Source: an uncultured Acidobacteriota bacterium
Lineage (GTDB): Bacteria; Acidobacteriota; Thermoanaerobaculia; Multivoradales; UBA5704
Direction: 5' to 3'
NCBI GenBank assembly: GCA_963770895.1
Contig: CAVYRF010000002.1
Coordinates: 896,001 to 960,000 of the forward strand
DNA length: 64,000 nt
Shown in pieces: positions 1 to 9,084 of this stretch (the first letter of the stretch is position 1; each line of letters starts with the position of its first letter). Position numbers and translations under genes: made by a program. The notes below the pieces were generated by a model that saw only the letters and a program-made list of their open reading frames with translations, searched no databases and was not told the origin of the DNA.

Positions 1-2091
1 CCCCTGGCGCTTGATCTCGATGACGCGGGCGCCCAGGGTCTGCGGCAGGCGCGCTTCGGCCAGGCTCCTGCCGACCAGGTCCGGCGGCACCGGCACCATG
101 CGCAGCGAAAAGTCGGGCGGCAGCTCGACGTATTGGCGGCTGGTGCCGGCTTCGTGGCTCGACACGAAGGTGGCGAGCAGCGACGGGCGCCCCAGCACCT
201 CCTGGGCGTAGACCGCCAGCAGGTCGCGCTTGGCCAGCACGCCCAGCAGGCGGCCGTCGTCGTCCACCACCGGCAGGCGTTCGAACTCGCTGCCCGCGAA
301 CAACCGCGTCGCCTGGTGCAGGCGTTCGTCCTTGCGCACCACGGTGCCAACCGGCACCATCAGGTCGTGGGCCAGGACGGCGGTCAGCATCTCGGGCTGG
401 TCCAGCCACTGCTTGATGTCGTGCAGCGAGATCGCCCCCAGCAGGCGGCCGTCCTCGGCCGCCACGAAGAGGCGCTGGCGGCGCCCGGAAAAGAACGTCT
501 CCACCACCTTGCGGTAGTCGTCGCCGGGACGCAGCAGCTCGGATTCGGGCCGCATCAGGTCCACCGCTTTGAGGCCCGCCAGCACCGCCTCTTCCATCCG
601 CCACGGCAGCTGGATGCCGCGCCCGCGCAGCGGCTCGGTGTAGATCGAATAGCGGTTCAGCCGCTTCGCCAGCATGCTGGAGACGATGGCGGCCAGCATC
701 ACCGGCAGGATCAGGTCGTAGTTGCCGGTGAACTCGAACAGGATGAGGATGGCGCTGATCGGGGCGTGGCTGGTCCCCGCCATCACCGCCGCCATCCCCA
801 CCGTCGCATAGGCGCCATAGGGAGAGGCGATGGCCGGCCACAGCGAGTGGATCCAGTAGCCGTAGGCCCCACCCACCAGGGCGCCGAAGCAGAGCGACGG
901 CGTGAACAGCCCGCCCGAGCCGCCGCTGCCCGAGGTGAGCGCGGTGGCCAGCAGCTTGGCCGCCGCCAGCCCGAGCAGCAGCAGGATGGTGAACTCGTGC
1001 GGCAGGTCGAGCCGCGGCGGCAGGCGCAGCTGCCCCGACAGGGCCAGGTTGATGGTGCCGTAGCCGCGGCCCAGCACGTAGGGCGCGTACAGTCCCAGCA
1101 CGCCGACCAGCGACATGCCGATCAGCGGCTGCAGCGGGCGCGGGATCACCGTCAGGCGATGAAAGACCTTCCGCCCGGCCTCGATACCCGCGACGAAGGC
1201 GATCGACGCCACGGCGCCGACCACCCCCAGGCCGACGTAGGGCAGCAGCTCCCAACCGCTCACCAGGGTGTAGCCGGGAGCGGCGTAGAACGGCACGTTG
1301 CCGACGACCGACCGGGCGATCACCGTGGCGATCACCGACGACGCGACGATCGGACCGAAAATCTCCAGCGCGAAGTTGCCAAGGATCACTTCCATGGCGA
1401 ACAGGGCGCCGCCGATCGGGATGTTGTAGGTGGCGGCCAGACCGGCCGCCGCGCCGCACCCGACCAGAATCTTGACCCGCTGCGCCGGCAGGCCGAAACG
1501 CAGCGCCGTCCACGAGGAGATCAGCGCCCCCAGGCGGATCATCGGCCCTTCGCGGCCGAGCGAGCCGCCGCTGCCGACCGTGAAGATCGACGTCACCGCG
1601 TTGATCAGCACCGGGCGAGGCGCGATCTTGCCGCCGGACAGCGCCACCGCCTCGATCAACATCGCCATGCCTTCGCCGCCGCCGACCGGCTGGCGGGCGA
1701 GCCAGATGACCAGCCCGACCAGCACGCCGCCGCAGGCCGGGGCGGCGACGACCAGCCAGCGCGGCGCCGTCCGCGCCACCGCCAGCAGATCGCCCTGCGA
1801 GCCCCACAGCAGCCGCTGCACGACGTGGATCAGGCCTTCGGTGGCAACACCGAGGAGCCCCCCCACCACCCCGACCACCACGATGAGCACGAAGAACGTG
1901 CGTTCCTCGCGCGTCGCCAGGCCGAAACGCCGGGCCAGGGTGAAATCCAGGGAGCTCAGCCACTGCCGCAGACGCCGCAGGCCAACCGCCCGCGCCGCCC
2001 GCCTCAGCGGACCGCTCAAGGGCGGCGGCCCAGCGCGATCCGAGGCAGTTTCGATACCCACGGAGCTCAATTTATCAGGGTCATCCAACAT
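1..2091 (-). CDS. CLC-family chloride channel/transporter with C-terminal CBS pair and TrkA-C-like domain (3' end runs off window)
   Basis: Manual minus-strand translation from ATG 2091: GSGGSLGREGP, GSGGSGGLFTP, ATYNIPIGGALFAMEV, ILILFEFTGNY, SIYTEPL; then a CBS-like segment and LVGRSLAEARLPQTLGARVIEIKR. Absent from the ORF track because it has no stop in the window. Confidence 0.93.
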   Translation of the reverse strand, partial: MLDDPDKLSSVGIETASDRAGPPPLSGPLRRAARAVGLRRLRQWLSSLDFTLARRFGLATREERTFFVLIVVVGVVGGLLGVATEGLIHVVQRLLWGSQGDLLAVARTAPRWLVVAAPACGGVLVGLVIWLARQPVGGGEGMAMLIEAVALSGGKIAPRPVLINAVTSIFTVGSGGSLGREGPMIRLGALISSWTALRFGLPAQRVKILVGCGAAAGLAATYNIPIGGALFAMEVILGNFALEIFGPIVASSVIATVIARSVVGNVPFYAAPGYTLVSGWELLPYVGLGVVGAVASIAFVAGIEAGRKVFHRLTVIPRPLQPLIGMSLVGVLGLYAPYVLGRGYGTINLALSGQLRLPPRLDLPHEFTILLLLGLAAAKLLATALTSGSGGSGGLFTPSLCFGALVGGAYGYWIHSLWPAIASPYGAYATVGMAAVMAGTSHAPISAILILFEFTGNYDLILPVMLAAIVSSMLAKRLNRYSIYTEPLRGRGIQLPWRMEEAVLAGLKAVDLMRPESELLRPGDDYRKVVETFFSGRRQRLFVAAEDGRLLGAISLHDIKQWLDQPEMLTAVLAHDLMVPVGTVVRKDERLHQATRLFAGSEFERLPVVDDDGRLLGVLAKRDLLAVYAQEVLGRPSLLATFVSSHEAGTSRQYVELPPDFSLRMVPVPPDLVGRSLAEARLPQTLGARVIEIKRQG

Positions 2092-2141
2092 GCGTGGTGA
2101 AATTGCTATTCCATAAACGTGCTCATTCGTGTATAACTACC

Positions 2142-2320
2142 CCGCGGACGCGCCGCCGCAAGGCGTCGCGACCTCCTACCGGGGATCCGCCGAGCAGCGT
2201 CCGCTCTCGGACTGGAACCCTAAGGCGGATGTCTCGCACTGCGGCACCACCCTCCTGCGACCGCGGCCCAGCCGCGGACCAACTTTCAAGGGGACCGGGA
2301 AACCGGTCCCCTTCGCCTTT
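2142..2320 (+). ncRNA. Candidate structured small RNA (family not recognised)
   Basis: Preceded by TTCCAT-N17-TATAAC (2109-2137). Contains a GCAA-tetraloop hairpin (2149-2170), ATCCGCC/GGCGGAT helix (2185-2230), CCGCGGC/GCCGCGG hairpin (2261-2277), then a perfect 11-bp terminator-like hairpin. Confidence 0.35.
2288..2320 (+). terminator. Intrinsic terminator-like hairpin
   Basis: AAGGGGACCGG-GAAA-CCGGTCCCCTT, a perfect 11-bp stem followed by CGCCTTT. Confidence 0.6.
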
Positions 2321-2402
2321 CTAGCCCACTCCATCATGTCCGCCTCGTTACCGCTAAACCCTGATCGGCGCGATCGGCTGCGATGAGGCGACCTAGCATC
2401 GA

Positions 2403-2548
2403 GGTTGCTGGGAACTGGGAGGCACCCCTCGGCGGCGCTCTGGGGCGAAGCACCCCATCTCATTGACCGGCGCCCCTTCCGCAGGCCCCTGCCGCCTATC
2501 GAGCCAGCAGCGCGACGACCGAGGGGTGCCCCCCAGTTCCCGGCAACC
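2403..2548. mobile_element. MITE/REP-like element family A, copy 1
   Basis: 30-bp terminal inverted repeats GGTTGCTGGGAACTGGGAGGCACCCCTCGG / CCGAGGGGTGCCCCCCAGTTCCCGGCAACC (2 mismatches); a similar second copy lies at 57028-57171. Confidence 0.75.
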
Positions 2549-2918
2549 GTCCACCGAGACCCGCCCTTCCAGTCCCCTGCCAACGCTTGACCTTGCGCAT
2601 CGGATGCGGGATTGGGCCATTTTTATACTCTAATGCCGTATTTGAACCACTTTGGGATCGCGATGGTTTGCGTTGGGCGTCCTCTCGGGGTGGTTGGCGA
2701 ACACATTGATGTTCTTGGACCGTCATGGCAACCGGTCCCCGGCGGTGGATCAGTTGTAACGAATCTGCCACGGATGTCACTTTTTTCGCACTTGAAGCAA
2801 CTATAGCTCTTAGAGGGCTGATGTTCCGACGCCCTTCGAGGGTACCAGGGCTGTCGGTTATGGGGTTGTCGCCGCGCGCTCCAGGAAGTCGGAGCGGGCG
2901 GTTGAAACGGAGGGTCTC

Positions 2919-4652
2919 GTGTTGCTGCATCAGCATCCTGATCGTGATGAATTGGAGAGGTATGCCCGCGGCGAAGCAGCCGTTGAGCGTGAGCTGTGGA
3001 TAGAGCGCCACTTGCGGTCCGGTTGTGCCGCGTGCCAGCGCTCTGTCGATAGTCTGTTGCCTGGAGCTCCCCTGGAGGCGCCGGCGCCGTCCGCCGCGTC
3101 CCCCGCCGCCTTGCGGTCGCGGCGGTTTCCTGTCGCCGCGCACGAAGCGGGCCGCCAGATGGGCGCGCTGGCAGCTGCCCGGCCACAGCGTGCGCAGGTG
3201 CCGGACTCGCCGTTCCCGGCGGAGGTGGAGCACCCCGCGGACCTGGCGGATGCACGGCAGACGGCCGACCCGGCCGGCTCGGCCAATCCGGCAAAGTTGG
3301 CGGACCACCGGCACGCGGCCACGACCCGGCCGGCCCACGGCGGCCATCCGGCAGCACACCAGGCACAGGCGGCCAATGACGCCTGGGACAGGATGTTCGC
3401 CAAGCTCGATCTGCGGCTCACCGCCATTACCACCGAGCGGGATGCGGCGCCCGGCCTGCTTGCCGAGCTGCTCGCCCATCCGCCGGCACGGCGGGCGGCG
3501 GTGATCGAGCAGGAGCGGCGGTTCTGCAACCTGTCGGTTTGCGACCTGCTGGTCGAAAAGATCTTCGACGCCGCCGCGCGCGCCGGCTTCGGCATGCCGC
3601 CGCCTCCCCCCGACCTGGCGGAGCTGGCTCTGCTGGCGTCCGAACGCCTCGACTCCGGCTATTACGGCACGGCGATGGTCAACGACATGCGGTCGCGCGC
3701 CTGGGCCGCGCTGGCCAGCGCCCGCCGGGCGGCCGGCGATTGGCATGCCGCCGAACAGGCCCTTGCCCTGGCCGAATCGCTGGCCGAAGACGGCTCCGCG
3801 GACCCGCTGGAAGAAGCGCGGCTGCTGGAGCTGCGGGCAGCCTTGCTCAGCGACCAGGGGTGGTTCGAAGAAGCCGTCCACCTCATCGATGCCGTGGTCG
3901 ACATCTACGACGACGTCAAGGACGCGCACCGCCTGGGCAGGGCCCTGATCAAAAAGGGCCTGTATCTGGGGCATTCCAGCCAACCGCAGCAGGGGATCGA
4001 GCTGATCCCGCAGGGCCTGGCGCTGCTGGATCGCAATCAGGAACCCGAGCTGGCCCTGCACGCCCGGCATCACCTGGCATGGTTCCTCAACGACTGCGGC
4101 GACTGGCGGCGCGCCCAGGCCCAGCTGGCAGAGTTCCGGCGCCTGCAGGCCCCCGGTGCCGACCTCGCCGGCGGCGCCGGACCCGCCGCCGACGGCGCCG
4201 GCGGCGCCAGCGGCAGCGACGGTTTCGCCGAGTCCGGCCCGCCGGCCCTGCCCGTCGACGCCCACACCGCCCTGCGGCTCGATTGGCTGGAGGCGCGCAT
4301 CGCCCACCGCTCGGGACACCTCGACGAAGCCGAATGGCGCCTGCGGCGTGTGCGCCAGGCATTCGTCGAGCGCGCCGCCGGCCTGGACGCGGCGATGGTG
4401 ATCCTCGACCTGGCCGGCCTCTATCTGGACCAGGGAAAACCGGCCAAAGTTCGCCGCCTTGCGGACGAGCTGCTGCCCATCTTCCTGTCGCGGGACCTCC
4501 ACCGGGAGGCCGCCGCAGCGCTCGTCGTCTTCCAGCAGGCCGTCGCCGGCGACCGCGTCACACCCTCGCTGTTGCGCCAGATCGCCGCCTACCTGCGGCG
4601 TGGCCGGCGCGAATCGGCGCCGGAGCTCCCCGCCCGCGGCCGCATCGCCTAG
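2919..4652 (+). CDS. Zinc-finger (zf-HC2-like) N-terminal + TPR-repeat protein
   Basis: HPDRDELERY...HLRSGCAAC at the N-terminus, a low-complexity linker, then TPR-like helical repeats ending in the LSRDLHREAAAALVVF motif. Confidence 0.8.
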   Translation: MLLHQHPDRDELERYARGEAAVERELWIERHLRSGCAACQRSVDSLLPGAPLEAPAPSAASPAALRSRRFPVAAHEAGRQMGALAAARPQRAQVPDSPFPAEVEHPADLADARQTADPAGSANPAKLADHRHAATTRPAHGGHPAAHQAQAANDAWDRMFAKLDLRLTAITTERDAAPGLLAELLAHPPARRAAVIEQERRFCNLSVCDLLVEKIFDAAARAGFGMPPPPPDLAELALLASERLDSGYYGTAMVNDMRSRAWAALASARRAAGDWHAAEQALALAESLAEDGSADPLEEARLLELRAALLSDQGWFEEAVHLIDAVVDIYDDVKDAHRLGRALIKKGLYLGHSSQPQQGIELIPQGLALLDRNQEPELALHARHHLAWFLNDCGDWRRAQAQLAEFRRLQAPGADLAGGAGPAADGAGGASGSDGFAESGPPALPVDAHTALRLDWLEARIAHRSGHLDEAEWRLRRVRQAFVERAAGLDAAMVILDLAGLYLDQGKPAKVRRLADELLPIFLSRDLHREAAAALVVFQQAVAGDRVTPSLLRQIAAYLRRGRRESAPELPARGRIA

Positions 4653-4718
4653 TGCCTCCGATACTTCGCTGCCGAGTTGGAGCGGCACGGAGGGGGGATC
4701 GAATATGCTTGCGCCCTC

Positions 4719-5948
4719 ATGGCGCGGGCGGCGGTGCAGGTGGCTCGGATGTCGACCGGCGAGGCGCGGCGACTGCTGCTGGGCGCCCAGGGGCTGTTGG
4801 CGCGGCCGCCGCGGGCCACGGCGGAAAGCGTGTACCAGCTGGTCCTGCAGCTGGGATACGTGCAGATCGACTCGATCAATGTCGTCGAGCGCGCTCACCA
4901 CCTGATCCTGGGATCCCGGCTGCTCGGCTATCGGCCGAGCCTGCTGCAGGGACTGCTGGAACGGCAGCGGCGCCTGTTCGAGCACTGGACCCATGACGCC
5001 GCGGCGATCCCGACCATTCGGTTTCCCCATTGGCACGAGCGCTTCGAGCGTTTCCGCCGCTCGACCCGCCTCTGGTGGCGGGAGCGGATGGGGGAAGACT
5101 CCCTCGCAGTCGTCGCGCGGGTGCGGGAGCGCCTGCGGCTCGACGGGCCGCTCGCGGTGCGCGAGCTGGCCGCGGCGGAAGGCCATGCCGGCGGCGGCGG
5201 ATCCTGGTGGGGATGGTCGCCAGCCAAGGCGGCGCTGGAATACCTGTGGCGGACGGGCGAAGTCGCCATTGCCGGCCGGCGCAGCTTCCACAAGGTCTAC
5301 GACCTGGTGGAGCGGGTGCTGCCGGAGGCCGCCGCCCTGCCGCCCCCCGGCCCCGCCGTACACGTCGACTGGGCATGCAGAACGGCGATCGAACGCCTGG
5401 GGGTGGCGACACCCGAAGAGGTGGCGGCATTCTGGCACTCGATCCCCGCCGCCACGGCACGGCGATGGTGCACCGATGCCGCCTCCCGCGGCGAGCTGAT
5501 GGCCGTCTCCGTGCAGGCGGCGCCCAAGACGGTCGACGCGCGGCCAGGGCGCCTGGCCTTCGCCGTTCCCGACTGGCAGGAGCGGACGCACATCGAGCCC
5601 GCCAGCGGCGCCATGCGCCTGCTCTGCCCCTTCGATCCCATCCTGCGCGACCGGCGCCGGGCGCTGCGGCTGTTCGGGTTCGACTTTCGTTTCGAGGGCT
5701 TCGTGCCGGCGGGACAGCGGCAGCACGGCTACTACGTGATGCCCATCCTGGAGGGAGAGCACCTGGTCGGCAGGATCGACCCCAAGCTGCACCGTCAGTC
5801 GCAGCGGCTGGAGGTGCGATCCGTCCGCTGGGAACCAGGCATCCGCGCTTCCCGCCGCCGCCTCGCCGCGCTCGACGCCGCCGTCGGCCGTCTCGCCACC
5901 CGCCTGGGCGCAACCGCCTGGGACCTACCACCCGCGGCCAAGCACTAG
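4719..5948 (+). CDS. ycaQ: YcaQ/AlkZ-family crosslink-repair DNA glycosylase (winged-helix HTH_42)
   Basis: QIDSINVVERAHH (QxD catalytic motif), FEHWTHDA, LLCPFDP, RQHGYYVMPIL, LVGRIDPK; start uncertain (4677/4719/4749). Confidence 0.88.
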   Translation: MARAAVQVARMSTGEARRLLLGAQGLLARPPRATAESVYQLVLQLGYVQIDSINVVERAHHLILGSRLLGYRPSLLQGLLERQRRLFEHWTHDAAAIPTIRFPHWHERFERFRRSTRLWWRERMGEDSLAVVARVRERLRLDGPLAVRELAAAEGHAGGGGSWWGWSPAKAALEYLWRTGEVAIAGRRSFHKVYDLVERVLPEAAALPPPGPAVHVDWACRTAIERLGVATPEEVAAFWHSIPAATARRWCTDAASRGELMAVSVQAAPKTVDARPGRLAFAVPDWQERTHIEPASGAMRLLCPFDPILRDRRRALRLFGFDFRFEGFVPAGQRQHGYYVMPILEGEHLVGRIDPKLHRQSQRLEVRSVRWEPGIRASRRRLAALDAAVGRLATRLGATAWDLPPAAKH

Positions 5949-6147
5949 TGGCCTGTCCTGTTCGAATCGAAAGCGCCTGGCTTGCCCTCGACGGGGGGGG
6001 CTGCGTTCCGACCTGCCGGGATGCCAGGACAGGCGACAGCCCTGGCCGCCTCCTCGGCATAGTTCCGACTATGCCTGCGTCGGCGCGCCTGGCCCGCGCC
6101 GCCGAATGGCGGCGCCAGCCGCTTTCGATTTCTCCAGGACAGGCCAC
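5948..6147. mobile_element. MITE family B, 200 bp
   Basis: 34-bp imperfect TIRs GTGGCCTGTCCTGTTCGAATCGAAAGCGCCTGGC / GCCAGCCGCTTTCGATTTCTCCAGGACAGGCCAC; internal hairpin GGCATAGT-TCCG-ACTATGCC; flanks CTAG/CAAG; no transposase. Confidence 0.7.
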
Positions 6148-6164
6148 AAGCCCCCTGCAAATGC

Positions 6165-6200
6165 GAAGGGGAGAGGGCCGGTCGGCGCCTCTCCCCGTTC
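6165..6200 (-). terminator. Terminator-like hairpin downstream of the small secreted protein gene
   Basis: GGGGAGAGG...CCTCTCCCC stem between convergent genes. Confidence 0.45.
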
Positions 6201-6264
6201 GTTGTATCTACGGTGACGCTCGCCTGAACCGGGCGGGCGTACCGAGCTGTTGCTTACAAGCTGG

Positions 6265-6696
6265 TTACTTGCCGGTCGACTTGGCAGCGCCGGTCGTGGC
6301 CGACTTGTCAGCCATGATGCGGACCTTGAGCGCCCAGTTGTCGGTGCCGTCGTTGTGGTAGGAGACGGAAACCATGCCGCCCGTCTTCACGTCGTCCCAG
6401 CTGCCCTTGGCCTTGCCGTTCCAGTAGGTGGTCTTGTCGTTGGCCTTGACGGTCACGTCAGCGCCGGTCTTCGGGTGGACGGTGATGCTCTTGGACGTGG
6501 CGTCAACCGCGGCGACGGTGCCGTGGACGGACTTGGCGGAGGCCGTGTGGTGCTTGGTGGTGGTGGTCGTGGTGGTGGTGGTGCCGGTGCTGGTCGCGGT
6601 GGTCGCGCTGGTGCCGGTCGTGGTGGTGCCGGTCTGCGCATACGCGAAGGCGGCCACAACCAGGAGGACCAGGGTAAGAATGAACGTCTTGCGCAT
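6265..6696 (-). CDS. Small secreted Thr-rich protein with a DUF5666/OB-fold-like beta domain
   Basis: AAGGAG RBS; signal peptide MRKTFILTLVLLVVAAFAYA; poly-Thr linker; GTVAAVD...SITV...DVKTGGMVSVSY. Confidence 0.85.
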   Translation of the reverse strand: MRKTFILTLVLLVVAAFAYAQTGTTTTGTSATTATSTGTTTTTTTTTKHHTASAKSVHGTVAAVDATSKSITVHPKTGADVTVKANDKTTYWNGKAKGSWDDVKTGGMVSVSYHNDGTDNWALKVRIMADKSATTGAAKSTGK

Positions 6697-6754
6697 CGAG
6701 CGCTCCTTTATCGGAAACGATCGGAGATGATTCTCCGTCCCGACGTCACACACA

Positions 6755-6770
6755 TGCATTGGGAATGCCA
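6755..6770 (-). promoter_or_regulatory. Sigma-54 (-24/-12) promoter
   Basis: Minus strand TGGCAT-TCCCA-ATGCA with correct GG-N10-GC spacing, ~60 nt upstream of ATG 6696. Confidence 0.55.
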
Positions 6771-6982
6771 GCGTTGGAGACCAGCCGCAGCGCGACCGCT
6801 CCGAGGGAAAACCGCGGCGACAACCCTCGCCGGCCGAGGGGAACCTACACCAATGGCGTGCCACTCCGACGCTATCGCCAAAACGGCACACACTCCCCCA
6901 CCCCAACTACCGCCCCTTCCAAACCTCCTGCACCACCTTCCACCACCGGCCGCTGCCGGCCTGCCCCCCTTGCCTGCCCCCC

Positions 6983-8143
6983 CTAGAGGAGGACCGCGGC
7001 GCGGGCGACCGGCAGCCGGTCTGCCGCGCAACGCGCGGCGCCCAGCAACGCGGTGCGGTCGTTCAGGATGACCCGCACCGGGATGCGCTCGAGCAGCCCG
7101 GCGAATCGCCCCTTGTCCCGGAACGACTGCAAAAAGGAACCGCTCTGTAATTTCGCCAGGTTCTTGGGAGCGATCCCTCCACCTACATAGATGCCGCCGG
7201 TTGCCATGGCGGTGAGCGCCAGGTTGCCGGCGGCCGCACCGTAGGCGGCGATGAACATGTCCAGGGCGTGCGATGCCAGCCGGTCGTTGCCCGCGGCGCC
7301 GGCAGCCGCGATGGCCGCCGACGGGTCGCCGGCCTGCATGGCCTGGCCCAGATCGGCCGCTTCGGGCGCATAGCCGTCGTCGCGCAAGTGCTCGTAGATC
7401 GCCTGGAGCCCATGTCCCGACACCACCCGCTCGACGCTGACGTGCTCGCCGAAGCGGCGGCGCAGGCCCAGCATCAGCGCCGCCTCCTCGTCGTTGCGCG
7501 GGGCGTAGTCGGCGTGCCCGCCTTCGGACGGGACGATCAGCCTCTCCTCCCCCGCCAGCGGCATCAGCGCCATGCCCAGACCGGTGCCCGCGGCAATCAG
7601 CGCCTGGTTGCCGCGCTCGATCGCGGCATGTCCCGGCTCGCCGGCGCCGCCGCCGCCGGCCGCCGCGCCAGGTCCAGCCGGCGGCGCAACCGGTTGCAGC
7701 GTCACCAGCTCGGCCTCCGCGAGCAGCGGAATGCCTGCCGCCGTGGCATACAGGTCGTTGATCAGGCGCACCGCGGGCAGCCCCACCGCCGCGGCCACGG
7801 CTTCGCCGTCGATCTCCCAGGCAAGATTTGGCGTGCTGGCGCGATTGCCGGCCACCGGACCCGCCACGCCAAAACAGGCGGCGGCGATGGGGCGCGAATC
7901 CTGCTGGCGAAGAAAGGCGGTCACCACCGCCGCCAGGTCGGCAAAGTCGGCGCTGCGAAAGGTCGCGGCGGCCAGCGGGCGCAGCGAGCGCGGCGATTGC
8001 GGCGCGCGCGCCGGCGCCGCGTCGTTGCGGCCGGCGCCACCCTGCTCGAACAGGCCAAGATTGCTCTTGGTGCCGCCGATATCGCCGGCCAGGAGGATCA
8101 TCGGCCCCCTCGCCGCGTTCGCCCCGTTCCGCTCATCCGTCAC
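6983..8143 (-). CDS. glk: Glucokinase
   Basis: LAGDIGGTKS, CFGVAGPV, LINDL, AAGTGLG, PSEGGHADYAP, VSVERVVSGHGL, GGIYVGGGIAPK, FRDKGRF. Confidence 0.95.
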   Translation of the reverse strand: MTDERNGANAARGPMILLAGDIGGTKSNLGLFEQGGAGRNDAAPARAPQSPRSLRPLAAATFRSADFADLAAVVTAFLRQQDSRPIAAACFGVAGPVAGNRASTPNLAWEIDGEAVAAAVGLPAVRLINDLYATAAGIPLLAEAELVTLQPVAPPAGPGAAAGGGGAGEPGHAAIERGNQALIAAGTGLGMALMPLAGEERLIVPSEGGHADYAPRNDEEAALMLGLRRRFGEHVSVERVVSGHGLQAIYEHLRDDGYAPEAADLGQAMQAGDPSAAIAAAGAAGNDRLASHALDMFIAAYGAAAGNLALTAMATGGIYVGGGIAPKNLAKLQSGSFLQSFRDKGRFAGLLERIPVRVILNDRTALLGAARCAADRLPVARAAVLL

Positions 8144-8508
8144 ACCTCTTCCCCGTCGTCGTCATCACCCCGCGTCGTCCCTCGGTGTCCTGGAGAGCAC
8201 GGTTGGCGCCGGCCGGCTGCGGATCGCGACGTCGCATCGAGGCCCGCGGCGCGGCGGCAGGTGAGAGGACGGAGAGCACGGACCATCCCGAAACCCGGCC
8301 GCCGGCGCGCCCCGGCCGCGGAGACCGCATGGTACGATCCGGCCGCGATGCCGAGTCCGGGAACGGCCCGGCTCTCCAAGTTGCGAAACGCGGTCGACCC
8401 CCAAAAGTTCCAAACGGGAAGCGATCGACTCGGCGCCGAGTTGGCGCGGAGCCGCGCCGACCGGCGCAACTCGGCGCCCACAGGCGCAATGCACAAGGGA
8501 GACACACC

Positions 8509-8937
8509 ATGCCGGTTCGGAAAGCAGATGCAGTTTGGGAGGGCGGCCTCAAGACGGGGCAAGGTCGCCTGGAGCTGGGCAGCGGCGCCTTCAAGGGCGC
8601 CTATTCATTTGGCTCGCGCTTCGCCGACGAACACGGCACCAACCCCGAAGAGCTGATCGCCGCGGCACACTCAGGCTGCTTCTCGATGGCCCTGGCAGCT
8701 GCCCTGGAACGCGCCGGCCATCCGGCCACGCGGGTGGCGACCACCGCCTCGGTGCACCTGGAGATGGCCAGCGACGGTCCGCGCATCAGCCGCATCGACC
8801 TGCAGACGGAAGCCGAAGTGCCGGGCCTGGACGAAGAGGCGTTCCGTCGCCAGGCCGAAGACGCCAAGACAGGGTGCCCGGTTTCGAAGGCCCTGGCCGG
8901 CACCACCATCACGCTGTCGGCACGCCTGGTCGGTTGA
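8509..8937 (+). CDS. osmC: OsmC-family peroxiredoxin
   Basis: RKADAVWEG, YSFGSRF, GTNPEELIAAAHSGCFSMAL, AKTGCPVSKAL; AAGGGAG RBS. Confidence 0.95.
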   Translation: MPVRKADAVWEGGLKTGQGRLELGSGAFKGAYSFGSRFADEHGTNPEELIAAAHSGCFSMALAAALERAGHPATRVATTASVHLEMASDGPRISRIDLQTEAEVPGLDEEAFRRQAEDAKTGCPVSKALAGTTITLSARLVG

Positions 8938-8992
8938 TCCGCGGGCGCCCGCTCCGCCGCCGCGCCGGCGCGCCTCGCCGACTTTCAGTCCT

Positions 8993-9052
8993 GGGTGTCA
9001 TAGTAAAGTCGCTATGGCACCCTTGACTTCCCACCGCCGCCCTCCATAACCT
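8993..9052 (+). promoter_or_regulatory. Palindromic operator/terminator abutting a sigma70-like promoter of the bactofilin operon
   Basis: GGGTGTCATAG-N8-CTATGGCACCC (1 mismatch) directly followed by TTGACT-N18-TAACCT. Confidence 0.45.
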
Positions 9053-9084
9053 GCCGACGAGTCCATCCTGATAAGGAGACCGCA

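Noticed and set aside
133-2100. 655-aa plus-strand ORF
   Set aside because: Antisense shadow of the CLC gene on the minus strand; it has no motifs of its own.
2142-2320. 6S RNA
   Set aside because: Folds as several short helices rather than one long rod with a central bubble, and lacks the usual zapA/ygfA context.
2092-2400. Fluoride (crcB) riboswitch upstream of the CLC gene
   Set aside because: No GGCGATG...CGCC...CTRATG consensus on the coding (minus) strand, and the protein lacks CLC-F motifs.
2496-5792. 1098-aa minus-strand ORF and other long Arg/Ala/Pro-rich ORFs (e.g. 13816-16278, 23587-26493, 48924-51479)
   Set aside because: Stop-poor shadow frames typical of high-GC DNA, overlapping well-supported genes.
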